From contig OY970172.1 in assembly GCA_963707655.1 (NCBI GenBank), forward strand, positions 192,001-256,000: a DNA stretch of 64,000 nucleotides, written 5' to 3'. Shown piece by piece: positions 18,632-29,405 of the stretch. The DNA comes from an uncultured bacterium. Its GTDB lineage: Bacteria; Babelota; Babeliae; Babelales; Vermiphilaceae. The notes below the pieces were generated by a model that was not told the origin of the DNA, made no database searches, and saw only the letters and a program-made list of their open reading frames with translations. A program made the translations under genes and the position numbers. How positions within the stretch are numbered: position 1 is the first letter of the stretch; every line of letters starts with the position of its first letter.

Positions 18632-20086
18632 ATGGCTACTCTTGCTTTTGCAACAATCAAAGAACTCAAAGATAAATTGGAAAAAAAAGAGATATCTTCT
18701 TCTGATCTTCTTGCCCATTCCATTGAACGATTTAAAAAATATGATGTACAATTAGGCTCCGCTTTGGAAGTTTTTGAGCATCAATCAATTCTTAATAAAT
18801 CGAGCAACAAAGGGAACCTTGCGGGTATTCCCGGTCTTGTTAAAGATAATATTGCCCAAGAGGGGCGCGCACTCTCATGCGCTTCAAAAATTTTGTCTAA
18901 TTTTACCTCAACATATGACGCTACAGCAATTGCCCGTCTGAAAAATGAGGGAGCGTTGCTCGTTGGTCGCGCCAACATGGATGAATTTGCCATGGGTAGC
19001 TCTACCGAGACCTCAGCATATTTCAAAACAAAAAATCCATGGGATGCGCAGAGAGTTCCCGGCGGTTCAAGTGGTGGCTCTATAGCAGCAGTTGCCGCTG
19101 GCTTGGTGCCATTCGCCTTGGGTTCCGATACCGGTGGTTCGGTAAGGCAGCCCGCAGCCTTTTGTGGTATCGTTGGGCTTAAGCCAACATATGGTTTGGT
19201 TTCTCGATATGGCTTGGTTGCTTATGGTTCATCTCTTGACCAAATTGGGGTTGCCACCCGTTCTGTGTACGACGCTGCATTAGTTTTATCTGCAATGGCG
19301 GGACAAGATATTAAAGATTCATCAACACTTGCCGCTGAAAAAAAAGATTACACTGACAAGCTCGATGGCAAAATGCCTTCAAAATTGGTCATTGGTGTAG
19401 TGGAAAACGCCGTGAATGCAACGGGAATGGACGAAGAAGTTAAAGCATTGGTTGAGAATGCAATTGTGCAATTGGAAAAATTAGGCGCAACTATCAAACG
19501 TATTACCATACCAAGCATGGATTATAGTGCGGCAGCTTATTTTATTATCAGTCGCGCTGAAGCCGCTTCAAATCTTGCTCGTTTTGATGGAGTGCGCTAT
19601 GGCATGCGTGATAAAAATGCTGCCACATTGGGCCAAATGTATAGCAACACACGTCATGACGGTTTTGGACCTGAAGTAAAAAGCAGAATTTTAATTGGCA
19701 ATTACGTGCTCTCTGCCGGACATGCCGGTGCTTTCTATGAAAAAGCGCGCAATGTACAACGTATGATCCGTCATGAATTTATGGAAGCATTTAAAGACAT
19801 TGATCTTTTAGTCATGCCAACACAACCGGCTCCCGCTTTTGAATTCGGGGCGTTTGATGTAGATAAATTGCAAATGGATTTGCAGGATTATTTTACCTGT
19901 CCCATTAACTTAGCTGGTATTCCTGCGCTTTCAGTTCCCTGTGGTTTCACCAAAAAAGAATCTTTGCCTATTGGTTTTCAATTGGTTGGGCCTCACTTGT
20001 CAGAGGAATTGTTATGCCAGGTAGCACACGCATATGAGCTTTCACAGCCGTGGGCAACAACTCATCCCAAAGCATTTGTAGAGTAA
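18632..20086 (+). CDS. gatA: Asp/Glu-tRNA amidotransferase subunit A
   Basis: Amidase signature PGGSSGGS, GSDTGGSVRQPA, SNLARFDGVRYG. Confidence 0.97.
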   Translation: MATLAFATIKELKDKLEKKEISSSDLLAHSIERFKKYDVQLGSALEVFEHQSILNKSSNKGNLAGIPGLVKDNIAQEGRALSCASKILSNFTSTYDATAIARLKNEGALLVGRANMDEFAMGSSTETSAYFKTKNPWDAQRVPGGSSGGSIAAVAAGLVPFALGSDTGGSVRQPAAFCGIVGLKPTYGLVSRYGLVAYGSSLDQIGVATRSVYDAALVLSAMAGQDIKDSSTLAAEKKDYTDKLDGKMPSKLVIGVVENAVNATGMDEEVKALVENAIVQLEKLGATIKRITIPSMDYSAAAYFIISRAEAASNLARFDGVRYGMRDKNAATLGQMYSNTRHDGFGPEVKSRILIGNYVLSAGHAGAFYEKARNVQRMIRHEFMEAFKDIDLLVMPTQPAPAFEFGAFDVDKLQMDLQDYFTCPINLAGIPALSVPCGFTKKESLPIGFQLVGPHLSEELLCQVAHAYELSQPWATTHPKAFVE

Positions 20087-20100
20087 GCTATTTAAAAATT

Positions 20101-20133
20101 AAAGAGGCTCGGGATTCCCGGGCCTCTTTTTTT
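20101..20133. terminator. Bidirectional intrinsic terminator
   Basis: aaagaggctcggga-t-tcccgggcctcttttttt. Confidence 0.85.
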
Positions 20134-20158
20134 ATAGTAAACGTTGCTTATATGCTAT

Positions 20159-20488
20159 TTAATTTCCCTTGGGAAAAAAGTAAAAGCCATTGGAATTAGT
20201 TCTTTCGAAAAATTCGGCGGCTGTGAAAGATAACTCGCCGGTATATCCGATGAAGGGTATATGGTAATTCTCTCGGTTTACCGGTGTATGGTGTTTCTCG
20301 TTTATCAGCACTAAGATCTCAGCAAGGGTAGTTTTCTTGGTTATATCTATATCATACGTTGCGGTAGGATCAAACGTTCCGGTATCATTTTTTTGTGCTA
20401 CAAATACTTTAATTATTTTGTGTTGTTCTTCCGCTCCACGAGCCATAGAAAAGCTTGCCAATAAGCAGAGTGCAATCGCTTTAATCAT
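20159..20488 (-). CDS. Secreted small protein, putative ubiquitin-like beta-grasp fold (paralogue 3)
   Basis: Signal peptide plus AEE, then IKVFV...YDIDITKKTTLAEILVLINEKHHTPVN. Confidence 0.7.
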   Translation of the reverse strand: MIKAIALCLLASFSMARGAEEQHKIIKVFVAQKNDTGTFDPTATYDIDITKKTTLAEILVLINEKHHTPVNRENYHIPFIGYTGELSFTAAEFFERTNSNGFYFFPKGN

Positions 20489-20520
20489 ATCAATTCCCTC
20501 TTTAATAACGATTTTCTATG

Positions 20521-20868
20521 TTATTTAATTGGCTTGGGGAAGAACCCAATGATATCACCCTGAGCTGCGTTAAAAAAATCTTTGACCGTTGCGACCCTCG
20601 TTAGATTGCAGGGTGCTTTTATAATGCTTTCACCGGTATCTCTCACAGCACTTATGCAATATTCGGTTGAATTTAGAGTGTAATTGTGTGCGCTATTCAA
20701 TACCGTTACGAGCTCATCTATGGTACTCTCGCGGGCCATAGTTATCTCAAATAGTTGGTTAAAGCCATTGTTCTGTTGTACAAATACTTTAATTGGTTTT
20801 TGTGCTTCTTCAGCGGCATGAGCCATAAAAAAGCTCGCCAATAAGCAGAGTGTCAATTTTTTAATCAT
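20521..20868 (-). CDS. Secreted small protein, putative ubiquitin-like fold (paralogue 2)
   Basis: Signal peptide plus AEE, then IKVFV...FEITMARESTIDELV...TVKDFF. Confidence 0.7.
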   Translation of the reverse strand: MIKKLTLCLLASFFMAHAAEEAQKPIKVFVQQNNGFNQLFEITMARESTIDELVTVLNSAHNYTLNSTEYCISAVRDTGESIIKAPCNLTRVATVKDFFNAAQGDIIGFFPKPIK

Positions 20869-20878
20869 ATCAATTCTT

Positions 20879-21238
20879 TCATTTTAAGGACTTATGCCAG
20901 AACGCAATAACATTACTATTAGTTTTTCTCAAAACGTCTACCACTGTGTGGGAGGCGAGCGGCGCTGCCGATAGAGTAGGATTGCCTTGATTAAGTTTTG
21001 TACCGTCATTTAATAGCGTGGTTATGAAGTACTCATTGTTGTTTACGGGGCACTTATGGGTATTATTCAATAATGTTTCGAGCTCGATTATTGTAGTGTT
21101 GTTCGTTATATTGAGAGCAAGGGTTTTGACTGTCTTTGTTTTTGTGTACACCAATACTTGAATTTTTTGTGGGGATTCTTCAGCAGCATGAGCTACAAAA
21201 AAAATTACTAACAAGCACAGGGGCATTATTTTAATCAT
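20879..21238 (-). CDS. Secreted small protein, putative ubiquitin-like fold (paralogue 1)
   Basis: Signal peptide plus AEE, then IQVLVYTKTKTVKTLALNITNNTTIIELE...TVVD. Confidence 0.7.
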   Translation of the reverse strand: MIKIMPLCLLVIFFVAHAAEESPQKIQVLVYTKTKTVKTLALNITNNTTIIELETLLNNTHKCPVNNNEYFITTLLNDGTKLNQGNPTLSAAPLASHTVVDVLRKTNSNVIAFWHKSLK

Positions 21239-21496
21239 ACCAATTCCTTATATCACGTTGTGTATCAATAGATAATTTAACTAAAGCTATTGTACGGTGA
21301 TTTGTTTAAATGGCAATGATTATTGTGTCGAGTTGCTCATGCTTATGGGCTTTCACAGCCATGGTCTACCAAATCGCCATTTGCTTTCCATGAGTAATAA
21401 AAAACAGCTTTTTTATTTTTACTTGAAAAGAAAAATACACCTTCAGTACACTGTAGTGTGTGGGGCAAGCTTAGGCTTTTGAGCCGGGGTGAGGGT

Positions 21497-22357
21497 ATGT
21501 GGTCGAAAAAAAAAGATCTGATTTACATAATATTTTTCTTTCTGTCATCTGTAAGCATAATAGAAGGCGAGATGCAAAATTCTTGCGTTAAAAAAGGTCT
21601 TGGCTACAAAGAAATTCGTTACCGGCGGGTGCAGGCAGGAAAAAATAAAGATCCTTATATTTTTGCCGACATTTTTAAAGACATTTTTTATTTAAACTAT
21701 AATCTTCTGAGCGTTGATACGTTTAAAGTATTTGTTGGCGTGTTTCCTTTTTATATCGCCGCGCGCATGATTGAGACTCCGTTGCAGAGTAATTTTTATT
21801 GTGGGCAGCATCACAAAAACCTTAAGCAGATGCCTTGGTGGTGTGATGGCGCCGCCCGTTTTGGCTTGGCGCTCCCTTTGGTTGGCTTGGGCAGTCTTGC
21901 TTTTTTTGCACATGATGAAGAGATTCGGCAGACGAGTTGGGCATTTATTTTGGGTATGCCATTTCTGATTTTTGGTAATAAAATAACTAAACGATTTACT
22001 TTTGATGGCTGTGAGCGGCCGTGGCATGAAAAATTCAGTTGCACTAAACGCGCTTGCGGCGGGTTTCCTTCCGGTCATATGGCTGAAGTAACGTATATGG
22101 CCGCCTTATATGGCTCTCGTTTTGGCTACAAATGGGGGATTCCATTGGGTGTTTACGGTGCTTTTGTCGGGGTAAATTTTTTGGTCAGCAATCGCCATTA
22201 TCTTTCACAATTGGTCGGCGGTGTTGGCTGGGGATTAATGTACACCTATGCGGCAAACAAATTGATTGATAGCAAGATGAATAAATATAATATGCGGCTC
22301 TCTATGACCAATGATTTTCGCGGGGCGCCTGCAATGCGTCTTGCTTGTTCTTTCTAA
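21497..22357 (+). CDS. PAP2 family phosphatase
   Basis: K......RP, FPSGH, RHYLSQLVGG. Confidence 0.85.
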   Translation: MWSKKKDLIYIIFFFLSSVSIIEGEMQNSCVKKGLGYKEIRYRRVQAGKNKDPYIFADIFKDIFYLNYNLLSVDTFKVFVGVFPFYIAARMIETPLQSNFYCGQHHKNLKQMPWWCDGAARFGLALPLVGLGSLAFFAHDEEIRQTSWAFILGMPFLIFGNKITKRFTFDGCERPWHEKFSCTKRACGGFPSGHMAEVTYMAALYGSRFGYKWGIPLGVYGAFVGVNFLVSNRHYLSQLVGGVGWGLMYTYAANKLIDSKMNKYNMRLSMTNDFRGAPAMRLACSF

Positions 22358-22452
22358 GTTCACCTATTTTTCCTTTGACCTCTTTATAAAACACTTTACA
22401 ATAGATCAATCATTCACCGTAATATTAACTTATATAAGAAGGTTGGTTTATC

Positions 22453-23007
22453 ATGAATAAAACAATTAATAAGGTGGTATTGAATATGGTTACTATGGCA
22501 ACAATCTCTTCAGCACTTTGTTCTGCAGTGTCAGGCGATGAGGTCAAGAAGCATTATGTTGACTGGCAAGAAGTAGAAAAGCTATGCGACACCGTTTATG
22601 AAATAATAAAGCAGGATGACTTTGAGCCCGATCTTATTATAGGTCTTTCTCGTGGTGGATTGATACCACTTGGCTATTTGGCCAATGAAAAAATGTTTGA
22701 TATACGTGACACGCTTTCTATTGCCGTGCGATCATACGATAAAACCAAGCAAGGAAGCATCACCTTGCGTTTACCGGTGCATACAGAAGATTTGCAGCGA
22801 TACAAGTCAATATTGATTGTAGACGATCTTATTGATTCGGGTAAGACTATAGCATTTGTTATGAATTTGTTAAAACAAGACCTTCCCGATGCCATTATCA
22901 AAAGTGCTGTTTTGTTTTACAAACCCGCTTCTGCTTCTGTGAAGCCAGATTATTACGCACAGGAAACGACTGATTGGATAGTGTTCCCCTGGGAAGCTGC
23001 GCAATAA
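22453..23007 (+). CDS. Type I phosphoribosyltransferase (purine salvage, Gpt/Hpt-like) with signal-like N-terminus
   Basis: GLSRGG, ILIVDDLIDSGKT PRPP motif, WIVFPWE. Confidence 0.9.
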   Translation: MNKTINKVVLNMVTMATISSALCSAVSGDEVKKHYVDWQEVEKLCDTVYEIIKQDDFEPDLIIGLSRGGLIPLGYLANEKMFDIRDTLSIAVRSYDKTKQGSITLRLPVHTEDLQRYKSILIVDDLIDSGKTIAFVMNLLKQDLPDAIIKSAVLFYKPASASVKPDYYAQETTDWIVFPWEAAQ

Positions 23008-23096
23008 ATCTCATTTTTATTCTCTTGTATATAGTGTTATCTGACTGATTATTGTATAGTTACTTATAGTTTCTATAGCGTTGAACATTGAGGATC

Positions 23097-23915
23097 ATGA
23101 TGTCTTATTTGTTACTCATTGCCAGTCTTGCGTGCGCATTGGTCATTTATTTTGTTGCCAAGCGTCCTCTTGTGAGCATTGGTGTGTTTCTTCTGGGTAC
23201 CGCTCTGGCTGTTTATTGGATACCCAGCCATTGTGAAAAAGATGTACACACGATTACTGTCGGTGTTTCGGCAAACTTTCCTCCCTTTACCTCTTTTGAC
23301 ATTAAAAATAATCAAATAGTTGGTTTTGATATTGATTTAATCAATGAAATAGGAAAGCGTCTTGATAAAAAAATTGTGCTTCAAAATATGCGTTTCACTG
23401 CGCTTTTGCCCGCCTTGCAATTGGGTGGTATACAGGCAATTTGTTCCGGTTTAACCGCGACTCCCGAGCGAGCTAAGCATGTCTTGTTTACCACGCCATA
23501 TTTGGAAGGTAATGCGCTTATTATCGTAAGCCGCTTGTCAGAGCCACTCACTACTGTTGCCGATTTGCATGACAAAGAAGTAATCGTTAATGAAGGGTAC
23601 ACAGCAGATTTATATTTATCAAAAATACCCGGGCTGCACGTAAGACGGCTCAAATCAGTAGCAGAAGCATTTTTGGCGTTGGACAGCGGCCGCGCTGCTG
23701 CATTTGTAACGGCGCAAAATACGGTGCAATCATTCTTTGCGAAAAATGGATCAGCGGATTATCATATTGCGGTAATACCCGATACTGATGAAAATGCCTC
23801 TATTGCCGTATCGCCAAAATGTCCTGCATTGTTAGCCGAGATTCAAAAGGCATTGGATACCATGATGCAAGACGGTTCTCTTGAAACTCTGAAAAAGAAA
23901 TGGAAAATAGAATGA
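23097..23915 (+). CDS. Polar amino acid ABC transporter substrate-binding protein
   Basis: FPPF, GFDIDL, TPER...FT.PY, KKW; start uncertain. Confidence 0.9.
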   Translation: MMSYLLLIASLACALVIYFVAKRPLVSIGVFLLGTALAVYWIPSHCEKDVHTITVGVSANFPPFTSFDIKNNQIVGFDIDLINEIGKRLDKKIVLQNMRFTALLPALQLGGIQAICSGLTATPERAKHVLFTTPYLEGNALIIVSRLSEPLTTVADLHDKEVIVNEGYTADLYLSKIPGLHVRRLKSVAEAFLALDSGRAAAFVTAQNTVQSFFAKNGSADYHIAVIPDTDENASIAVSPKCPALLAEIQKALDTMMQDGSLETLKKKWKIE

Positions 23916-24568
23916 TAAATCTTTTATTGCTCAAACAATCTTTTTTTGCTTTGCTCTCTGGCGCTGTTGTTGCCTTAGAGATTGCAGCGCTTGCTTTAAT
24001 TATTGGTATTATCGGCGGCACACTTTTGGCGCTGATGCTTTTGTATGGTAACAGGCTGGTGCGTATTATTGGGCATATCTATATCACTATTATTCGCGGT
24101 ACCCCAATGTTGATACAGATGATCACGTTATTTTTTATTTTTCCGCTCATTGGTATTACTTTTTCACCCTTTTGGTCAGCAGTGGTGGCAATTGGACTCA
24201 ATAGTATTGCCTATGTGAGTCAGATTGTTCGCGGCGGTATTCAAGCAGTGGGTATCGGGCAGACTGAGGCGGCAAAGACATTGGGATTTTCACCGTTACA
24301 AATTATTAAATTAATTGTCTTGCCGCAGGCGTTTAGAGCAATATTTCCTGCCTTGGGCAATGAATGTGTGATGTTAATTAAAGATTCAAGTTTGGCTTCG
24401 GTAATAGGCGTAGCAGAATTGACTCATCAAGGAGAAATGATTACGAGCATAACCTACGATGCGTTGACGGTGTATGCCGGTGTTGCGCTGATGTATCTGG
24501 TGATGACTTCAATTGTATCTGTGCTTTTACACATCGTGGAACAGAGGTTGGTATATGTTAAAAATTAA
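23912..24568 (+). CDS. Amino acid ABC transporter permease
   Basis: RGTPMLIQ, GQTEAA..LG, ILPQA-like, KDSSL; ATGA overlap with binding protein. Confidence 0.93.
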   Translation: MINLLLLKQSFFALLSGAVVALEIAALALIIGIIGGTLLALMLLYGNRLVRIIGHIYITIIRGTPMLIQMITLFFIFPLIGITFSPFWSAVVAIGLNSIAYVSQIVRGGIQAVGIGQTEAAKTLGFSPLQIIKLIVLPQAFRAIFPALGNECVMLIKDSSLASVIGVAELTHQGEMITSITYDALTVYAGVALMYLVMTSIVSVLLHIVEQRLVYVKN

Positions 24569-25286
24569 AAATATTACCAAGATTGTTAAAGACAAAATAA
24601 TCGTTAACAATCTTTCACTGCAGATTGATTATGGAGAGATTGCCGTACTGCTTGGCTCCTCGGGCGTTGGTAAATCAACCTTGCTGCGTATACTCAATAA
24701 CCTTGAAACAATAGATAACGGGATTGTTGAGCTGGATGGCAAAAAACTTGATTTAGCTCAAGTGAATAAAAATCATACCGTTGGGATTGTGTTTCAACAG
24801 TTTAATTTATTTGAGCATCTCACGGTTGAGCAGAATATAACGCTGGCACTTGAAGTAGTGGCAAAGAAAACTAAACAGGAAGCACATGCTATTGCCATGG
24901 CATTGTTAAAAAGATATGAGCTGCTTGATAAAGCAGATCGCATGATCTCACAGCTTTCTGGCGGTCAAAAGCAACGATTGGCTATTGCGCGTACTCTTGC
25001 GCTCAAGCCGACTATTGTGTGCCTTGATGAGCCTACTTCAGCATTGGATCCGTTATTGACAACCTATGTTGCGGATAACATTACAGAATTGGCAGAGCAA
25101 AAATATATTGTGCTTGTTGCCACGCATGATACCAGTTTGCTTGAAAAGTTGAATTGCACTATTCATCTCATGCGCAATGGCTCTATTGTTGAATCGGCAA
25201 AATCGCCTGATTTTTTTGCCAACAAAAGCAGATATCCTTTGATAGCTTCTTTTGTGCAGGGTAATCATAAAACAGTTTTGGATTAA
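24555..25286 (+). CDS. Amino acid ABC transporter ATP-binding protein
   Basis: GSSGVGKST, LSGGQKQR, DEPTSALDP. Confidence 0.93.
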   Translation: MLKIKNITKIVKDKIIVNNLSLQIDYGEIAVLLGSSGVGKSTLLRILNNLETIDNGIVELDGKKLDLAQVNKNHTVGIVFQQFNLFEHLTVEQNITLALEVVAKKTKQEAHAIAMALLKRYELLDKADRMISQLSGGQKQRLAIARTLALKPTIVCLDEPTSALDPLLTTYVADNITELAEQKYIVLVATHDTSLLEKLNCTIHLMRNGSIVESAKSPDFFANKSRYPLIASFVQGNHKTVLD

Positions 25287-26068
25287 ATAAAATCCAATCT
25301 TTTTTTCAAGTTGCGCATGCCAAGAGTAAAGCAGGTCAGTGAGTAAAAAGTGATTGCTAGTAAACATATATAGAAATTTATATAGCCGCTTTGACCTAAA
25401 ACTGCTGCGCGCATTGCTTCAGTGATATATATCATGGGATTTAGTATGTTTATGTACGCAAGGAGGGGGATCGCTTTATAAAGCGCCAGCCAAGAGAATT
25501 GAAAGCCTCCCATGAACCACATGGGAAAAATAAAACGTGACCATATGCTTCCCAATTTGCTCATATTCGCAATAATGCTTGCGGCCCACAGCACAAAGCA
25601 GGCATAAAAAATGCACTGAAAAATTACTATGACCAAAAATTTAAAGTAATTAATTTGGGTGAGATCAAGCTGGTTCCATAGGCAGATTTTCCCCAGTGGG
25701 AACATTAAGAGAGTTAGGGTTACATAGATGATAAAATAATAGGCAGCTTTGCTTATTATTGCCATCCATGACGGAATAGGCAGAGTGAGATTATAATTAA
25801 TAATGCGATCCCCTTCAAAATCAGAAACAAGTTCAATGGCACTTGTATACAATTCAAAAAGGCCGGCGGCCGCGATGATGCCGCATAATTGAAATACCCC
25901 AAAATCATGCGTCAATCCAAAAAAAGGCATTACATAGCCGGTAACAATAATGGTCAGTACGACCCATATAGAAATATCGATTAATTTATTAAAAAAAGTC
26001 TGTTTAAAAACTGCAAGATCAGCTCGTATTAGTTCTTTACATACGTGTAAATAAAACATTTTATTCAT
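25283..26068 (-). CDS. ABC-2 type exporter permease
   Basis: About 6 TM segments, NP..Y..E..R; adjacent ATPase. Confidence 0.85.
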   Translation of the reverse strand: MNKMFYLHVCKELIRADLAVFKQTFFNKLIDISIWVVLTIIVTGYVMPFFGLTHDFGVFQLCGIIAAAGLFELYTSAIELVSDFEGDRIINYNLTLPIPSWMAIISKAAYYFIIYVTLTLLMFPLGKICLWNQLDLTQINYFKFLVIVIFQCIFYACFVLWAASIIANMSKLGSIWSRFIFPMWFMGGFQFSWLALYKAIPLLAYINILNPMIYITEAMRAAVLGQSGYINFYICLLAITFYSLTCFTLGMRNLKKRLDFI

Positions 26069-26086
26069 AGGGTGCCTTCAATGCTC

Positions 26087-26824
26087 TTAATTGTGTTCTG
26101 TCTTGAGTAATTCAAGAAAGACATCTTCAAGATTTTTCTGTTTAAAATCGGCCATTAATTTATCAGGTGTATCGATAAGTTTTATGTGTCCTTTATCCAA
26201 AATACAGACACGGTCTGAAAGTTTTTCTGCTTCGTCTAGATAATGGGTGGTAAGCAGCACAGTAATGCCATCGTTTTTTAAATTTTTTATCATCTCCCAT
26301 ACATTTCTTCTGATATGAGGGTCAAGCCCAACAGTGGGCTCGTCAAAGATGATAAATTCCGGTTTGTGAATGAGGCTGCGTGCAATCATAAAGCGTTGTT
26401 GGTAACCGCCGGAAAGCACGGCCGCTTTTTGGGGTAGATATTTTTCCAGCTCAAATTGTTGCACAAGCTGTGTGATGCGTATTTTAATTTCATGCTCGGG
26501 CACGCCATAAAATTTGCCAGCAAAAAAGAGATTTTCTTCTAAAGTGAGCATTGGATTTAAATTTGGTTTTTGTGGACAATAGCCCAAACGCAATCTAAAG
26601 GCAGGAATGTCAGTATAGATTGATGCTCCCTGGTATTCGATATCCCCGTCGGTAGCCGGGTGCAGCGTAGCTATGATTGAAGAGAGAGTTGTCTTCCCTG
26701 CGCCATTAACACCAAGAAGGCTTACAATCTCGCCCTGATAGATATCAAGGTTAATGTCTTTTAAAACAACTGAATCACCATACGTTTTTTTAATATTTTT
26801 GATGCGCAATAAGGTATTTTGCAT
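26087..26824 (-). CDS. ABC exporter ATP-binding protein
   Basis: GVNGAGKTT, LSGG, DEPTVGLDP, TTHYLDEAE. Confidence 0.93.
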   Translation of the reverse strand: MQNTLLRIKNIKKTYGDSVVLKDINLDIYQGEIVSLLGVNGAGKTTLSSIIATLHPATDGDIEYQGASIYTDIPAFRLRLGYCPQKPNLNPMLTLEENLFFAGKFYGVPEHEIKIRITQLVQQFELEKYLPQKAAVLSGGYQQRFMIARSLIHKPEFIIFDEPTVGLDPHIRRNVWEMIKNLKNDGITVLLTTHYLDEAEKLSDRVCILDKGHIKLIDTPDKLMADFKQKNLEDVFLELLKTEHN

Positions 26825-26887
26825 AGGAAGTCCAATGTTTTTTTGCGATAATTTGTTTGTAATAACCAGTATATTTCAACATTCCTT

Positions 26888-27456
26888 TTATTCAATATTT
26901 TCATCATGAGGCTGTAATTGTTTTTCATAGCGTATGCCGTTTCGGGTCAGGAGTGGCAGTGATTCGTTTAAAGATCGAACAAAATTCTCAGATTCATAAA
27001 GCTTTCTCGCGGCTTCATTTTTATCATTAACATCAAGCTCAACGCGAGTAATTTCGGGCCACTGTTCTTTAATAGTTTCTTCTGCGTTGTGCAATAAGGC
27101 TCTTGCATAGCCCTTTCTTCGGTGGCTTTGCGCAATAGCCAATCCTTGAATTTTTGCCTTCATTGATTCAAGGTACAACTCTTTTTCTTGAAAAAAAACG
27201 ATGAATCCTACAACCGTTTGATCCTCATCTATGATTATTTTTTTAATTTTTGATTGATCGTGCAAACAATCAATCATTATTGATTCTGCACAGCCGCTAA
27301 GCGGGCGTATGGTGCTTCCCACAAAAAGCTGCTGTGAGCTTGCAAGGGCAATAGTGATAATCTGTTCTTTGTGTGATTCATCATAATCGACAATTACGGG
27401 CGTCTCAGCGCAAAAAACAGCGGATATTAACAATAGACTTGATACTAGAGCTTTCA
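26888..27456 (-). CDS. Secreted GNAT acetyltransferase, paralogue of 37699-38406
   Basis: RRKGYA acetyl-CoA motif, N.AA.KLYE; signal peptide; start approximate. Confidence 0.82.
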
Positions 27457-27697
27457 TAAGAATCTTCCCCACAAATAATAGTATTTTTCCCCTATTGTTT
27501 ACGGTACCATATTATCTCTTGCGGAGTCCATGCATGAGTGAGCTATCAAGTGTGAAAAAGTGTAAAAGAGCAATAAAAAACATTGCCTGATGTTCAATGG
27601 ATAATGCACGTTATTCATACTGATAATCAACAAGAAACTACCTTAACTGCTGATATGTTTGAAGATTTTAATAGTGCATATAAAGGATCATACTTTA

Positions 27698-28183
27698 ATG
27701 GAACTTCTGTATAACCCTCAAAGAGCTGACTATAAAAAGAGTAATTCTACGCAATGCCCTTTTTGCAATAAGTTTAATTTGTCTGATGATAAAAAATATG
27801 AACATTTAATAGTAAAAACAACAGACCACAGCATAATCATGCTTAATATGTTTCCGTATAATCCCGGACATCTCTTGGTAATGCCCAAGGCTCATATAAG
27901 CGATATATCACAGTTATCAGAAGAATCACGAAATGACCTCTTCGCACTACTCGTTATTGCAATGCAGGCAGCTAAAAATGTTATGCATACTGAAGATATG
28001 AATGTTGGGATAAATATGGGTAAAACATCGGGAGGATCAGTACAATCGCATGTTCATATCCATATAGTTCCTCGCTTCATAGGTGATACAAATTTTCTCG
28101 CGGTGATCGCTGAAACCAAAGTAGTAACAAAAGATATAAGAACTATATACGATCTGTATAAAGAATATTTTAATGGTCTCTAG
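27698..28183 (+). CDS. HIT family protein (Ap4A phosphorylase-like)
   Basis: CPFC, N.FPYNPGHLLV, HVHIHIVPR. Confidence 0.92.
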   Translation: MELLYNPQRADYKKSNSTQCPFCNKFNLSDDKKYEHLIVKTTDHSIIMLNMFPYNPGHLLVMPKAHISDISQLSEESRNDLFALLVIAMQAAKNVMHTEDMNVGINMGKTSGGSVQSHVHIHIVPRFIGDTNFLAVIAETKVVTKDIRTIYDLYKEYFNGL

Positions 28184-28200
28184 CAGTTGTTCTTGGGATA

Positions 28201-28914
28201 TTAAACATCAGCCCAATTGATTTCTGCCAAGTGATGCTGTTTTAAGAAAGCATTTGCTTTTGAAAAATGGCGGCACCCCAAAAATTTGGTGACTGATAAT
28301 GGTGAAGGATGAGCAGCTTTTAAAACTAAATGCCGCTTAGGATCAAGATGAATATGCAGATGCTGTACTTTTTTCTGGGCATATGCTCCCCAGAGCATTA
28401 ATACCGTTGGGCGGGGGCGTTTAAGCAATTGTTCAATAATTGCATCAGTAAAAATTTCCCATCCGCGTCCAGCATGGCTTGCTGGCTGACCTTCCTCAAC
28501 CGTTAAAATTGAATTGAGCAGCAATACGCCTTGATGGGCCCAGCCGCTCAAAGTGCCATTTTTTGGTATCGGCATGCCAATGTCATTATGCAGTTCTTTA
28601 AAAATATTGCGCAAAGATGGCGGTTGCGGCACACCGGGTGGCACACTAAAACTGAGTCCATGTGCTTGGCCGGGGCCATGATACGGATCTTGCCCGACAA
28701 TAACAACAGTTACTTTTTCAAATGGTGTTGCGCGGAGTGCGGCAAATATGTTTGCTTTGGCAGGATATATTTTTGCGCCGGCTGCTTCACGTTGTTGTAA
28801 ATAAGCAACCAGAGCATCGATGTGCGGATTTTTGCATACCTCTTCTAAGGGTTTTTGCCATGAAGAGGGCAATGAATCGAAGAATTTTTTTTGTCGTGGT
28901 GTCATTTCTTTCAT
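28201..28914 (-). CDS. ung: Uracil-DNA glycosylase (family 1)
   Basis: GQDPYH, HGLSFS, PPSL, LLLN, HPSPLS. Confidence 0.97.
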   Translation of the reverse strand: MKEMTPRQKKFFDSLPSSWQKPLEEVCKNPHIDALVAYLQQREAAGAKIYPAKANIFAALRATPFEKVTVVIVGQDPYHGPGQAHGLSFSVPPGVPQPPSLRNIFKELHNDIGMPIPKNGTLSGWAHQGVLLLNSILTVEEGQPASHAGRGWEIFTDAIIEQLLKRPRPTVLMLWGAYAQKKVQHLHIHLDPKRHLVLKAAHPSPLSVTKFLGCRHFSKANAFLKQHHLAEINWADV

Positions 28915-28975
28915 AGTAGTAGCATTGTGCCTTGCATTGTTCGCCTTGTCAAATGAGAAGATGGGGGAAAATCCG

Positions 28976-29405
28976 TCATCTGTCTATTATCTCAGGGATG
29001 CCTTCTGTTTGTTCACCTCGTCTTTTGGTTGGATTATTCATCCACGCATTTTCTAAGTTGGTATATGCTATGTCAGCAATAGGTGCCAACACATCGCCTA
29101 TTGATCGTTGGCACGCATATGTTCCATCTTCAAATTGGAGCGCAGTCATCTCTGAACCGTCATTGAACTTCGCCATATACGATTTCGTTCCGTCTCTGCT
29201 ATGAGAACGAGAACAATAGGCTATTTGATCTACGTGAACCTCCGCCAGTTCAGGATACTTGTTATCTGGAGTGAAAAAATGATTGCTCGCCGATGCACAA
29301 GTAATTTTAGTGAGAAGCAGGAATTGTTTGTCTGTTGAATCTTCCATGCCCCCAAAACAATCGACATTGCTGATAGCAATACGAAAATCATGACGGTTTT
29401 TTCAT
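28976..29405 (-). pseudogene. Secreted hypothetical protein with frameshifted signal peptide
   Basis: GGAG-ATG at 29405, hydrophobic TVMIFVLLSAMSIVLG and the mature MED... ORF are in three frames, separated by A6 and T4G5 runs. Confidence 0.5.
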
